IMG/VR virus record: IMGVR_UViG_3300002223_000005
Coordinates: 1-38,462 of that record
Direction: 5' to 3' (one strand)
DNA from: a virus
Length of the DNA: 38,462 bases
In this document: one piece after another, positions 24,374 through 31,116 of the stretch
Layout of the letters: every line of letters starts with the position of its first letter
How positions within the stretch are numbered: the stretch's first letter is position 1
Program-made: the position numbers and the translations under genes
The notes under the pieces: generated by a model
The model's database searches: none
Told to the model about the DNA's origin: nothing
Seen by the model: the letters and a program-made list of their open reading frames with translations, nothing else

Positions 24374-24583
24374 TTAGGCGGCTTTAGTTTCGTTCGGGAA
24401 AAGGATTTCGATTAAGGTCATTTCTCCATTGCTAGCCTCTTCAAGGCGTTTTGCTAAACGACTAGATACCGACCCTTTAGCAATGGCGATTTGTTGGAAG
24501 TTTCCGAAAGTAGTACCGGCAGCGGTACAGACCTCCGTTATCCGTTGCTTACTGTTTATCTTGTAAAATTCGGTAGGAGTCAT
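24374..24583 (-). CDS. Cro/YdaS-like HTH regulator
   Basis: 69 aa and the first gene of the minus-strand operon, divergent from the CI-like gene. HTH-like segment ITEVCTAAGTTFGNFQQIAIAKGSVSSRLAKRL. Confidence 0.55.
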   Translation of the reverse strand: MTPTEFYKINSKQRITEVCTAAGTTFGNFQQIAIAKGSVSSRLAKRLEEASNGEMTLIEILFPNETKAA

Positions 24584-24620
24584 AACAAACCTGGCTGTTT
24601 AAATTATTCACAGGGCCAAA

Positions 24621-24648
24621 GTATTAGTTAAACACTAGTTTTTGTCAA
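24621..24648 (-). promoter_or_regulatory. PR-like promoter
   Basis: Minus strand: TTGACA (24648-24643), 16 nt, TAATAC (24626-24621). The ACTAGTTTTT motif at 24634 lies in the spacer. Confidence 0.5.
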
Positions 24649-24696
24649 GACATTGTAGTCAGTCAACAACTAGTTTTTATTTCGAGTTGTGACCAA

Positions 24697-24702
24697 TATA
24701 AT
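24697..24702 (+). promoter_or_regulatory. Consensus -10 (TATAAT) of a PRM-like promoter; the predicted transcript is leaderless
   Basis: TATAAT ends 7 nt before the ATG at 24710. There is no good -35 and no RBS. The second ACTAGTTTTT motif lies at 24669. Confidence 0.4.
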
Positions 24703-24709
24703 TAGTGAT

Positions 24710-25081
24710 ATGGAAATGAAAGAGATTCGCGTTAAAAACCTCAAATACCTGGTTAAGAAGTACGGGCGCAAATCCGTGGCTGAAGCGGCGGGCTATGCAG
24801 ACAGCAGTTTCTTTAGCCAGCTCGTGGTTGGCATTGGCTCATTCGGCCCAAAGGTTGCGGCAAAATTTGAGCAAGCCTATGATCTACCTGAGTACTGGAT
24901 GAGCACGCCACATATCGCGTTATGGGATGACGGCACAATGGCCAGCGGCAAGGATATTGATTTTCTGATTGATGAGCTTGAAGGATTGATCCCACTGCTA
25001 CCGCAAGGAGAGCAGCAGGATAAGGTTTTGCAGGCTGTTAACAGGATTCTTCGGCTAGTTCCGCCAAAACCTGGCTCCTGA
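24710..25081 (+). CDS. CI-like HTH repressor, short form without an S24 peptidase domain
   Basis: HTH segment RKSVAEAAGYADSSFFSQLVVG....KVAAKFEQAYDLPEYWM. It is divergent from the cro-like gene and lies upstream of the PL-like promoter. The start at 24710 is chosen instead of the track GTG at 24689. Confidence 0.55.
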   Translation: MEMKEIRVKNLKYLVKKYGRKSVAEAAGYADSSFFSQLVVGIGSFGPKVAAKFEQAYDLPEYWMSTPHIALWDDGTMASGKDIDFLIDELEGLIPLLPQGEQQDKVLQAVNRILRLVPPKPGS

Positions 25082-25199
25082 TGCCAGTTAGTTCTTTTTC
25101 GATTAATGCCTTTTCTTCTTGTTCTGAATTGTCGTAAATCTTTTTTATTGTCTTAAGCCTTTCAAGTATTTCCAACGTTTTATCATTGCACTGCCTCAT
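25038..25199 (-). CDS. Possible 53-aa coiled-coil ORF convergent with and antisense to the repressor 3' end (below the ORF-track cutoff)
   Basis: Hand translation MRQCNDKTLEILERLKTIKKIYDNSEQEEKALIEKELTGIRSQVLAELAEESC. GAGG lies 10 nt upstream, and an extended -10 TGATAGTAT lies on the minus strand at 25264-25256. Confidence 0.25.
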   Translation of the reverse strand: MRQCNDKTLEILERLKTIKKIYDNSEQEEKALIEKELTGIRSQVLAELAEESC

Positions 25200-25410
25200 A
25201 CCTAAATAACCTCTTCTTTACTGCTTTCATTATTTTTGCTTATTTTTCGATCAGCATACTATCACCTTTGTCGCGCCTCGCTATGTTACATATTGTAATT
25301 TTGCGAACCCAGCACAACCCCCCCCCAGCACCATCGAAACTACCACTAAATATATTTTTAGCAATTAGTGTTTTTTTTATTAAAACTAGCAAATAACTAG
25401 TAAATAATTG

Positions 25411-25439
25411 TTGACTAGCTACTAGTCAAATACTAATAT
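25411..25439 (+). promoter_or_regulatory. PL-like promoter with an overlapping inverted-repeat operator
   Basis: TTGACT (25411-25416), 17 nt, TAATAT (25434-25439). Inverted repeat TTGACTAG-cta-CTAGTCAA spans 25411-25429. Four ACTAG cores occur within 25385-25425. Confidence 0.65.
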
Positions 25440-25469
25440 TACCCCATCAACTCAACAAGGGGCGGGAAA

Positions 25470-26075
25470 GTGAATCAGTCAGAACTTAAGCAAATACTAG
25501 AAAAGCACCGGCTTTGGCTGAACAACGAAGAGGGCGGGGGGCGGGCGAATCTTTCCCGTGCGGATCTGAGTTATGCGAATCTGCGTTCTGCGGATCTGCG
25601 TTATGCGGATCTGAGTTCTGCGGATCTGCGTTCTGCGGATCTGAGTTATGCGGATCTGAGTTATGCGGATCTGCGTTCTGCGGATCTGCGTTATGCGGCT
25701 CTGAGTTCTGCGGATCTGCGTTCTGCGGATCTGAGTTCTGCGGATCTGAGTTATGCGAATCTGCGTTCTGCGGATCTGCGTTATGCGGATCTGAGTTCTG
25801 CGGATCTGCGTTCTGCGATAGGCAATCTACAGCAAATCAAATCCCTATTTTTGGATAGGTGGCCGGTTACTTATACCGCTGAAATACTTCAAATAGGCTG
25901 CCAAAGACACCCTGTAAACGACTGGTTCAGTTTTGATGATGATCGAATATCAAAAATGGATGCACAGGCGCTCGAATGGTGGGGCAAGTACCGCGATTTG
26001 ATCAAACAAACAATTGAGCTGTCACCTGCTCAACCAACAAATCACGAAAATAAAGAGGGGAAGGAAAGTGATTGA
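25470..26075 (+). CDS. Pentapeptide-repeat protein (18 A(D/N)Lxx units) with a ~90-aa C-terminal domain
   Basis: ANLSR ADLSY ANLRS ADLRY ADLSS ... is a canonical A(D/N)LXX repeat. GTG start with a GGGGCGGG RBS. It is the first gene downstream of PL. Confidence 0.85.
   Translation: MNQSELKQILEKHRLWLNNEEGGGRANLSRADLSYANLRSADLRYADLSSADLRSADLSYADLSYADLRSADLRYAALSSADLRSADLSSADLSYANLRSADLRYADLSSADLRSAIGNLQQIKSLFLDRWPVTYTAEILQIGCQRHPVNDWFSFDDDRISKMDAQALEWWGKYRDLIKQTIELSPAQPTNHENKEGKESD
25545..25814 (+). repeat. Tandem 15-bp DNA repeat (one diverged unit plus 17 units of GCGGATCTG[A/C]GTT[A/C]T)
   Basis: Units counted from 25560 to 25814. The 75-bp block 25560-25634 is repeated exactly at 25740-25814. 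Confidence 0.95.
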
Positions 26076-26214
26076 AGATGCAACTTACGTTTTTGCGCTT
26101 GGACTACTGCTTTTAGCAGTCGCCTTTGCATGGCGCGCTGCCAGGAATATTGCTAAGCGCGGGCTTAGCGAAAAGAGTCACTTTCACCCTCACTTTGGGA
26201 GAAAACCAGAATGA
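26068..26214 (+). CDS. Small single-pass membrane protein
   Basis: GTG at 26068 after GGGGAAGGAAA. TM segment YVFALGLLLLAVAFAW. 8-nt overlap with the pentapeptide gene. Confidence 0.45.
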   Translation: MIEDATYVFALGLLLLAVAFAWRAARNIAKRGLSEKSHFHPHFGRKPE

Positions 26215-26426
26215 ACTGCGCAATCAAATTACCAAACCTGGAAGCGGTAAAAGAGGCGCAATCTAAGCGCGCAGACTTGTTGGCAGATATTGCCGAGTGC
26301 GAGCTTGGTATTGAGCTAACTCTGGACATGCCCTGGCCACAGAGCGTTTGGCAAGAGCGATTATTGACCGGCGAGATCCAGCGCTTGCGTGAAGAGATTC
26401 GAATTCTTGGGAGGGAGGCCGCATGA
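26211..26426 (+). CDS. Hypothetical protein
   Basis: 71 aa, ATGA-coupled on both sides. Confidence 0.5.
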   Translation: MNCAIKLPNLEAVKEAQSKRADLLADIAECELGIELTLDMPWPQSVWQERLLTGEIQRLREEIRILGREAA

Positions 26427-26680
26427 GAACAATAGATGGAAAAACCGTTTTGTTATTCGGCCCTGAGTGGTCGCTATTCGAGCTTGCTGAGTTGTTTGGC
26501 AAACGCGGTTATCAGCTAAAGAGGCATGAATCTGGCGCCATTGAGATCGTTAAAAAGGTCGAAGCGCCCAAGGTCGTTCCAATTCGTAAAGGCGTTCGTG
26601 CAGATCAGCCGCGCATTCCTTTTTTGAGCAATATTTTTAGCTTCGACATGCCAGAGCATGACGGGCCAGGGGCGGCATGA
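26423..26680 (+). CDS. Hypothetical protein
   Basis: 85 aa, ATGA-coupled on both sides. Confidence 0.5.
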   Translation: MRTIDGKTVLLFGPEWSLFELAELFGKRGYQLKRHESGAIEIVKKVEAPKVVPIRKGVRADQPRIPFLSNIFSFDMPEHDGPGAA

Positions 26681-26898
26681 TGAAAGTCACAAAAGAAATG
26701 ATTCAAGACGCCGGTCTTTACCATGCCGCTGACCTGGCAATCATTCTTGATGCCTTTGTCAATGCGGAAGCAATCGGCAAGGACATGGTGGCAGAGTGCG
26801 CGAATCTTGGCGCTAAATGCACCTCGATTCAAATCATGCTTACAGCGCTTATGGCAAAGATCAAAGACCAGCAAGTGCGAATTGATGAGGTGGCGTAG
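26677..26898 (+). CDS. Hypothetical protein
   Basis: 73 aa, ATGA-coupled upstream. Confidence 0.5.
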   Translation: MMKVTKEMIQDAGLYHAADLAIILDAFVNAEAIGKDMVAECANLGAKCTSIQIMLTALMAKIKDQQVRIDEVA

Positions 26899-27005
26899 TG
26901 AAAACATTTGATGAAGTGTTTTTAGAGATTTTCGGCAAGCCAGAAGAAGAAAACGAAATAAACGAAACGGAAGAGGCAGAAGGCGATGAAAGAAGCCAGC
27001 AATAA
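26898..27005 (+). CDS. Possible 35-aa acidic mini-ORF
   Basis: GTG overlapping the upstream TAG (TAGTG). Translation VKTFDEVFLEIFGKPEEENEINETEEAEGDERSQQ fills the gap before the Rad52-like gene. Confidence 0.2.
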   Translation: MKTFDEVFLEIFGKPEEENEINETEEAEGDERSQQ

Positions 27006-27759
27006 TCTAAAGATATGGGATAGCTTCGGCAAAACTGACCCGAAGTACACAAAGGCCGCCAATGTAGACGGTAACGCTCAAACGTCGATCAGCGGTAACT
27101 ACATGGTAAAACTGGCGACTGAATCACTTGGCCCGATTGGTCATGGCTGGGGCTACCGAATTTTAGAAGAGCGCTTTGATAACACTCGCCCGATGATGAT
27201 TAGAAATGAATCCGGTCTGACCATGCTGAAAGATGGCGATCAGATCATTTGGGAGCAGAACCACACTATTTTGATTGAGTTTTGGCACAGCGACAAATCT
27301 AACTCATTTTCGCAATTTGGTCATACCAAATACCGATACATGAGCAAGGACGGTTCCAAAATGGTGGTCGATAACGAGTACGCCAAGAAGTCATTAACCG
27401 ATGCCATGAAGAAATGTTTATCGCTCATTGGCGTATGCGCAGATGTGTTTATGGGTGAGTTTGACGATAGAGCTTACCAGGACGCCGCCAAGCTTGAAAA
27501 CGACCTTAAGCGAGCTGATAACAGAGATGCGGAGTATGCCAGCAAGATCGAATTATTTGACGCCTACATTGCTGACACAGTTAAAGCAATCGAGCTTTGC
27601 CCAAGCGTTGAGGCAATGCAAAAAGTTTACGGTTTGGCAGCAAACAAAATCGACCGGGAAGCACCGATTCTTGGGTTAAATTCAGCGGACGCTAAAAAAC
27701 CAATTGACACAAAATACTTTGAAATGGTGAAGCAATTTAGTAAGGGGAAAGCAGCATGA
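26986..27759 (+). CDS. Single-strand annealing protein, Rad52/Sak-like
   Basis: YMVKLATESLGPIGHGWGY resembles the Rad52-family ..LNE.FG..GWS motif. KKSLTDAMKKCLSLIGVCADVF resembles ..A.TDALKRA...FG.G..LY. It lies next to Gp157 and SSB-like genes. Confidence 0.6.
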   Translation: MKEASNNLKIWDSFGKTDPKYTKAANVDGNAQTSISGNYMVKLATESLGPIGHGWGYRILEERFDNTRPMMIRNESGLTMLKDGDQIIWEQNHTILIEFWHSDKSNSFSQFGHTKYRYMSKDGSKMVVDNEYAKKSLTDAMKKCLSLIGVCADVFMGEFDDRAYQDAAKLENDLKRADNRDAEYASKIELFDAYIADTVKAIELCPSVEAMQKVYGLAANKIDREAPILGLNSADAKKPIDTKYFEMVKQFSKGKAA

Positions 27760-28253
27760 GATTGTACGAAATTACCGGCGCAATGCTTGAAGTTCAGCAC
27801 ATGCTAGACGATGGCATTCCTGCCGATCAACTGGCTGATACCCTGGCCGAGATCAAGATTGATTTTAACGACAAGGCAGGCTCGATTCTTTACGTGATCG
27901 CCAACATGAAAGGCGAGATAGAAGCCTGCAAAGCCGAAGAAGAAAGGCTCAATAGTCGTCGGAAGTCGAAAGAAACTCAGATCGAAAATCTCAAAGAATA
28001 TTTGCTGTACAACATGGTAGCGCTGAACAGCAGCAAGATCGACAACGGTTTGATGACTGCATCTATCCGAAAGGGTGCGCCAGTACTCCAAATAATTGAT
28101 GAAGACGCCATACCAAACGATTTTAAGAAGATCTCGACTTCGATAGCGACTGATAAACGCGCCCTGCTAGCGGCTCTAAAAGAGCTTAAAGAAGGCGAGA
28201 CAATAACCGGCGCTGCGATTGTTCAAGGCAAAAATTCACTAACGATTAAATAG
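27756..28253 (+). CDS. Siphovirus Gp157-family protein
   Basis: MRLYEITGAMLEVQHML..ADTLAEIKIDFNDKAGSILYVIANMKGEIEACKAEEERLNSRRKS..ENLKEYLLYNM follows the Gp157 family consensus closely. Confidence 0.75.
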   Translation: MRLYEITGAMLEVQHMLDDGIPADQLADTLAEIKIDFNDKAGSILYVIANMKGEIEACKAEEERLNSRRKSKETQIENLKEYLLYNMVALNSSKIDNGLMTASIRKGAPVLQIIDEDAIPNDFKKISTSIATDKRALLAALKELKEGETITGAAIVQGKNSLTIK

Positions 28254-28262
28254 GAAATTATC

Positions 28263-28643
28263 ATGGCGAAGAAATACGATGTAGTTGCTCGCGTTGGCTC
28301 TTATACCGACTCAAGCGGCCAAGAAAAGGGCAAGTTTGAAAACGTGGGCGCGGTTATCGAAAACCAGAACGGCGGGCTTAATCTGCTGCTGAAAAAGACC
28401 TTTAACCCGGCTGGACTGGCCGAGCCAGGAAAAGAAAGCATTATTCTAAGCTTGTATGAGCCTGAGCAAAAAAGCGCATCACAAGCGCCGCAGCAAAGCT
28501 ATCAGCAGCCACAACAGCACCAAGCTCCGCAGCAATACGCACAAGCGCCACAAAATAGACCCGCGCAGCAGCCAGCAATGAACCAGCGCCAGCCGAACCC
28601 AAGGCAACAGCCACCGGTTGATGATTATGCTGGACAGTTCTAA
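28263..28643 (+). CDS. Putative single-stranded DNA-binding protein (non-canonical)
   Basis: A ~70-aa N-terminal beta-rich domain, a Q/P-rich linker and an acidic/aromatic tail (VDDYAGQF) like SSB C-terminal tips. Position in the recombination module fits. Confidence 0.4.
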   Translation: MAKKYDVVARVGSYTDSSGQEKGKFENVGAVIENQNGGLNLLLKKTFNPAGLAEPGKESIILSLYEPEQKSASQAPQQSYQQPQQHQAPQQYAQAPQNRPAQQPAMNQRQPNPRQQPPVDDYAGQF

Positions 28644-28651
28644 CCATCCAA

Positions 28652-28675
28652 GCGGCGTTAAGTCGCCGCGTTTTG
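28652..28675 (+). terminator. Weak terminator-like hairpin after the SSB-like gene
   Basis: GCGGCG-ttaagt-CGCCGC G TTTT. Confidence 0.35.
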
Positions 28676-28685
28676 AGGATAATCT

Positions 28686-28958
28686 ATGAGTTGGAACCCT
28701 GAGAGCATAACCGAGCCGGTGGCGCGCAGAGATTATAACTGTAGCGCGTGTGAATGGGTTCACGATTGGATCAACGAACAGGTTTTCTCATTCGCCGAAC
28801 TGCGACTAATTGCCAAAGCAAAACGCGATGGATGGCGTATTAAGAAGGGTCAGAAGTATATAAAGGTAACGGGCAAGTGGGATGGTGATTGGTCTGTATT
28901 TAGAGCACGCCCAGAAATCAATGAACTGTGCCAAAAGCATGGCATTTACCAAGAATAG
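28686..28958 (+). CDS. Hypothetical protein
   Basis: 90 aa with GAGGA RBS. Confidence 0.5.
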   Translation: MSWNPESITEPVARRDYNCSACEWVHDWINEQVFSFAELRLIAKAKRDGWRIKKGQKYIKVTGKWDGDWSVFRARPEINELCQKHGIYQE

Positions 28959-28981
28959 ACGCGTTTTTGAGGAGATTAAAC

Positions 28982-29119
28982 GTGAAGGCAATCATTCTGT
29001 ACCTTGACATGCAATTTTGGATCTCTATTTTTCCTTACTCGATAAAAGAGCGGGATAAATATTATCAGGTCATGAATGACAGGCTAATGCAGTTGCATGG
29101 ATTTTGGGTTAAAAAATGA
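28982..29119 (+). CDS. Hypothetical small protein
   Basis: GTG at 28982 preceded by GAGGAG at 7 nt. It is in frame with track ORF 28928-29119. Confidence 0.4.
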   Translation: MKAIILYLDMQFWISIFPYSIKERDKYYQVMNDRLMQLHGFWVKK

Positions 29120-29331
29120 TTGAAACGATCACGATTAAAAAGGATCAGCTTAACGCGATGATCGACGACGCGGCAAAACAGATCGCAGATTTGCAGGTCA
29201 AAAATGAGGCGCTAATTAAAACAGCCCAGGCGGTCATTGATCGCTGGGACTCGCCAAACTGGCGCGACGGAACCCATACAGCAGAGTATATACACTCGCT
29301 GCGGGATGCGGTTAAAGCGTGTTTGAACTAG
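29116..29331 (+). CDS. Hypothetical protein
   Basis: 71 aa, ATGA-coupled. Confidence 0.5.
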   Translation: MIETITIKKDQLNAMIDDAAKQIADLQVKNEALIKTAQAVIDRWDSPNWRDGTHTAEYIHSLRDAVKACLN

Positions 29332-29344
29332 GGGGTAATAAATA

Positions 29345-29638
29345 ATGGTGCACATTTTTACAGCGAAGATGCAACCGGCGACCGATTTTATAGACGACTG
29401 CGGAGCGATACCGATCCATTTTAGCTTTAAATCTGACGATTTGCTTTATTGCCAATGCTGCAACAAAGAACACACAGCTAAAGATTGCGTTGTGCAGGTT
29501 TATTACGATGACACTAGCATTTGGTGCGCGCCGGGCAAAGGCTGCAAAGACCCGCACGTCATTGATGCGAAGAAGGCCAAAGAGTTTGCAAACAGAAGTG
29601 CTGGGCAAAAAAAACGTTATGCAAAATGTAACGCCTAA
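29345..29638 (+). CDS. Hypothetical Cys-rich protein; its stop lies inside structured repeat A
   Basis: 97 aa. The TAA at 29636-29638 is embedded in GCCTAAC. Confidence 0.5.
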   Translation: MVHIFTAKMQPATDFIDDCGAIPIHFSFKSDDLLYCQCCNKEHTAKDCVVQVYYDDTSIWCAPGKGCKDPHVIDAKKAKEFANRSAGQKKRYAKCNA

Positions 29639-29679
29639 CCCTGCATTCAGCGGGCATCCGCTGGAATGCCTTGTTAGGC
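29633..29679 (+). repeat. attC-like structured repeat, copy A
   Basis: GCCTAAC cct GCATTCAGCGG gcat CCGCT[G]GAATGC ctt GTTAGGC, followed by GGTTTTTT. Confidence 0.8.
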
Positions 29680-29823
29680 GGTTTTTTACGTAGGGGCAAC
29701 CTGGTCTGTTAGAAAGTGCGCATATCGACAGATTGGTTTGTGTTGGAACGATTATGGTTGTAAACGACCGCAATCTAGCAGAGTTCGATTCTCTGCCCCT
29801 GCTCTCTATTAAAAAGGTGATTT

Positions 29824-30021
29824 ATGGCAATTGAATGGCAAAAAGGCGAGCCACCAAAAGATGACAAACGATATTTAACAAAAACAAAAACAGGGATCAT
29901 TTGCTCTTCATCATATAGAGAGGGGCGAACAGGGGAACCCGTAAAGCATTATCTCGGTTGGCGCTGTGACTGTTGCGGTAGATTTGGAACGCCTGAATAT
30001 TGGGCAAATATTGACGCCTAA
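29824..30021 (+). CDS. Hypothetical protein (weak DUF551-like N-terminus); its stop lies inside repeat B
   Basis: 65 aa. The leader AAAAGGTGATTTATGG is identical to that of ORF 30720. Confidence 0.5.
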   Translation: MAIEWQKGEPPKDDKRYLTKTKTGIICSSSYREGRTGEPVKHYLGWRCDCCGRFGTPEYWANIDA

Positions 30022-30063
30022 CCCCAAGCACAACGGCTTGTCCGTTGGTGCGCCTTGTTAGGC
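30016..30063 (+). repeat. attC-like structured repeat, copy B
   Basis: GCCTAAC cccaa GCACAACGG cttgt CCGTT[G]GTGC gcctt GTTAGGC, followed by GGTTTT. Confidence 0.8.
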
Positions 30064-30082
30064 GGTTTTAACAACTAGGAGA

Positions 30083-30307
30083 ATGAAAGAAATGAGCACA
30101 GAACATGAAGAGCCTTGTGGGTGGATTCGCGGAGAGCCGCTAGAAGTTAGGAGGAAAGTTATCTCAGGGGTCAACGCTTTTATGGTAAGGCAGTCAAATA
30201 ATCTTAGGCGTCTTGATGGTGATTTTAATCCTGGCTGCATAGCATATAAGTGGTTTTATACATTTGATGAGCTATTAGACTTTTTGCGATGGTGGATGAG
30301 CGCCTAA
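30083..30307 (+). CDS. Hypothetical protein; its stop lies inside repeat C
   Basis: 74 aa. The ATG at 30092 has better spacing to AGGAGA than the track ATG at 30083. Confidence 0.5.
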   Translation: MKEMSTEHEEPCGWIRGEPLEVRRKVISGVNAFMVRQSNNLRRLDGDFNPGCIAYKWFYTFDELLDFLRWWMSA

Positions 30308-30349
30308 CCCCGCATTCAGCGGTTTATCCGCTGCAATGCTTTGTTAGGC
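30302..30349 (+). repeat. attC-like structured repeat, copy C
   Basis: GCCTAAC ccc GCATTCAGCGG tttat CCGCTG[C]AATGC ttt GTTAGGC. Confidence 0.8.
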
Positions 30350-30373
30350 GATTGATTTAGAAGGATTAAGGCA

Positions 30374-30652
30374 ATGGAAAAATATAGATGCGACGTCAGA
30401 GGAACTGATGTTGAAATATTCAAAACAGAAAAAGGCGAATTCTTGCCGTATGACGTTGTGAATATTGAAATTGAAGAACTTAGATGCGAGGTTGCCCGTT
30501 TGCGCCAAGCGCTTAGCGATATTGCTGATCCATTTGCGGCGTGGCAACGCAACTTAAAACAAGGGGAGCAACTTAATAGCGTAATGTGTGTAGTTTTAGC
30601 AAACGAACCTGAAACGTATAAACGGCGGGCTCGTGAGGCTTTAAGCGCCTAA
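30374..30652 (+). CDS. Hypothetical protein; its stop lies inside repeat D
   Basis: 92 aa with GAAGGA RBS. Confidence 0.5.
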   Translation: MEKYRCDVRGTDVEIFKTEKGEFLPYDVVNIEIEELRCEVARLRQALSDIADPFAAWQRNLKQGEQLNSVMCVVLANEPETYKRRAREALSA

Positions 30653-30694
30653 CCCCGCATTCAGGCGCTCGTCGCCTGGAATGCTTTGTTATAC
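30647..30694 (+). repeat. attC-like structured repeat, copy D (variant right box)
   Basis: GCCTAAC ccc GCATTCAGGCG ctcgt CGCCT[G]GAATGC ttt GTTATAC. Confidence 0.75.
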
Positions 30695-30719
30695 GCGAGA
30701 TCAAGACAAAAGGTGATTT

Positions 30720-30941
30720 ATGGACTTAATATTTTTGGCAAAAAAAACACTAAAAGAACAAGGATTCGGTGGACTATACCACGATGACTGTGGATGCGAA
30801 CTAGACGATTTAATGCCTTGCTGCGCTCCGTGTATTGATTGCACTGCTGGCTATAAAAGTACGCATAGCGTTACTGGAGAATGGGTTATCTCTGGCAAAA
30901 AGGACTTACCAGACGACAGGATAGAGGTGAATCATGGATAA
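30720..30941 (+). CDS. Hypothetical Cys-rich protein
   Basis: 73 aa (DDCGCELDDLMPCCAPCIDC) with leader AAAAGGTGATTTATGG. Confidence 0.5.
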   Translation: MDLIFLAKKTLKEQGFGGLYHDDCGCELDDLMPCCAPCIDCTAGYKSTHSVTGEWVISGKKDLPDDRIEVNHG

Positions 30942-31116
30942 AGTAACAGTAAGCGCCGAGCCACTGCGAGAAATACTTCAGGCGTTGATAGGTTCGCCAC
31001 ACCATATTAGAGAACTTCAAGCAACAATGACATTACCCGGCAACTTAAACCCGATAAACCAATTGTGCGAGGAATTTAATATTCAGGCGGCTAGGCACAA
31101 CAATAAAGACGTATAA
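30934..31116 (+). CDS. Hypothetical protein; its stop lies inside repeat E
   Basis: 60 aa with an 8-nt overlap with the upstream ORF. Confidence 0.45.
   Translation: MDKVTVSAEPLREILQALIGSPHHIRELQATMTLPGNLNPINQLCEEFNIQAARHNNKDV

Noticed and set aside
24358-24379. Isolated GTTAGGC 7-mers (24358, 24373, also 18842) and GGTTAGG..GCCTAAC inside the small terminase gene (about 11486-11505), as further attC-like sites
   Set aside because: None has the partner box, spacer and bulged stem at the right distance. About five occurrences of any 7-mer pair are expected by chance in 38 kb, and the 24358 copy is the loop of an ordinary terminator.
25514-25858. 114-aa plus-strand ORF (CGSELCGSAFCGS...) and the possibility that the 15-bp periodic region is a CRISPR array
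   Set aside because: The ORF is an alternative frame of the same tandem repeat, whereas the A(D/N)Lxx frame has a proper start, RBS and C-terminal domain. The units are contiguous 15-mers with no spacers, so this is not a CRISPR array.
28641-28675. The hairpin after the SSB-like gene (TTCTAAC cat cc AAGCGGCG ttaagt CGCCGC GTTTTG) as a seventh, upstream member of the attC-like family
   Set aside because: It shares only the TAAC-after-stop and an AAGC-type stem start. There is no right box complementary to the left one and no bulge. It is more simply a weak terminator.
29312-29773. 153-aa minus-strand ORF across the start of the small-ORF array
   Set aside because: It runs antisense through plus-strand ORF 29345-29638, repeat A and the non-coding gap. 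It has no RBS and does not fit the operon direction.
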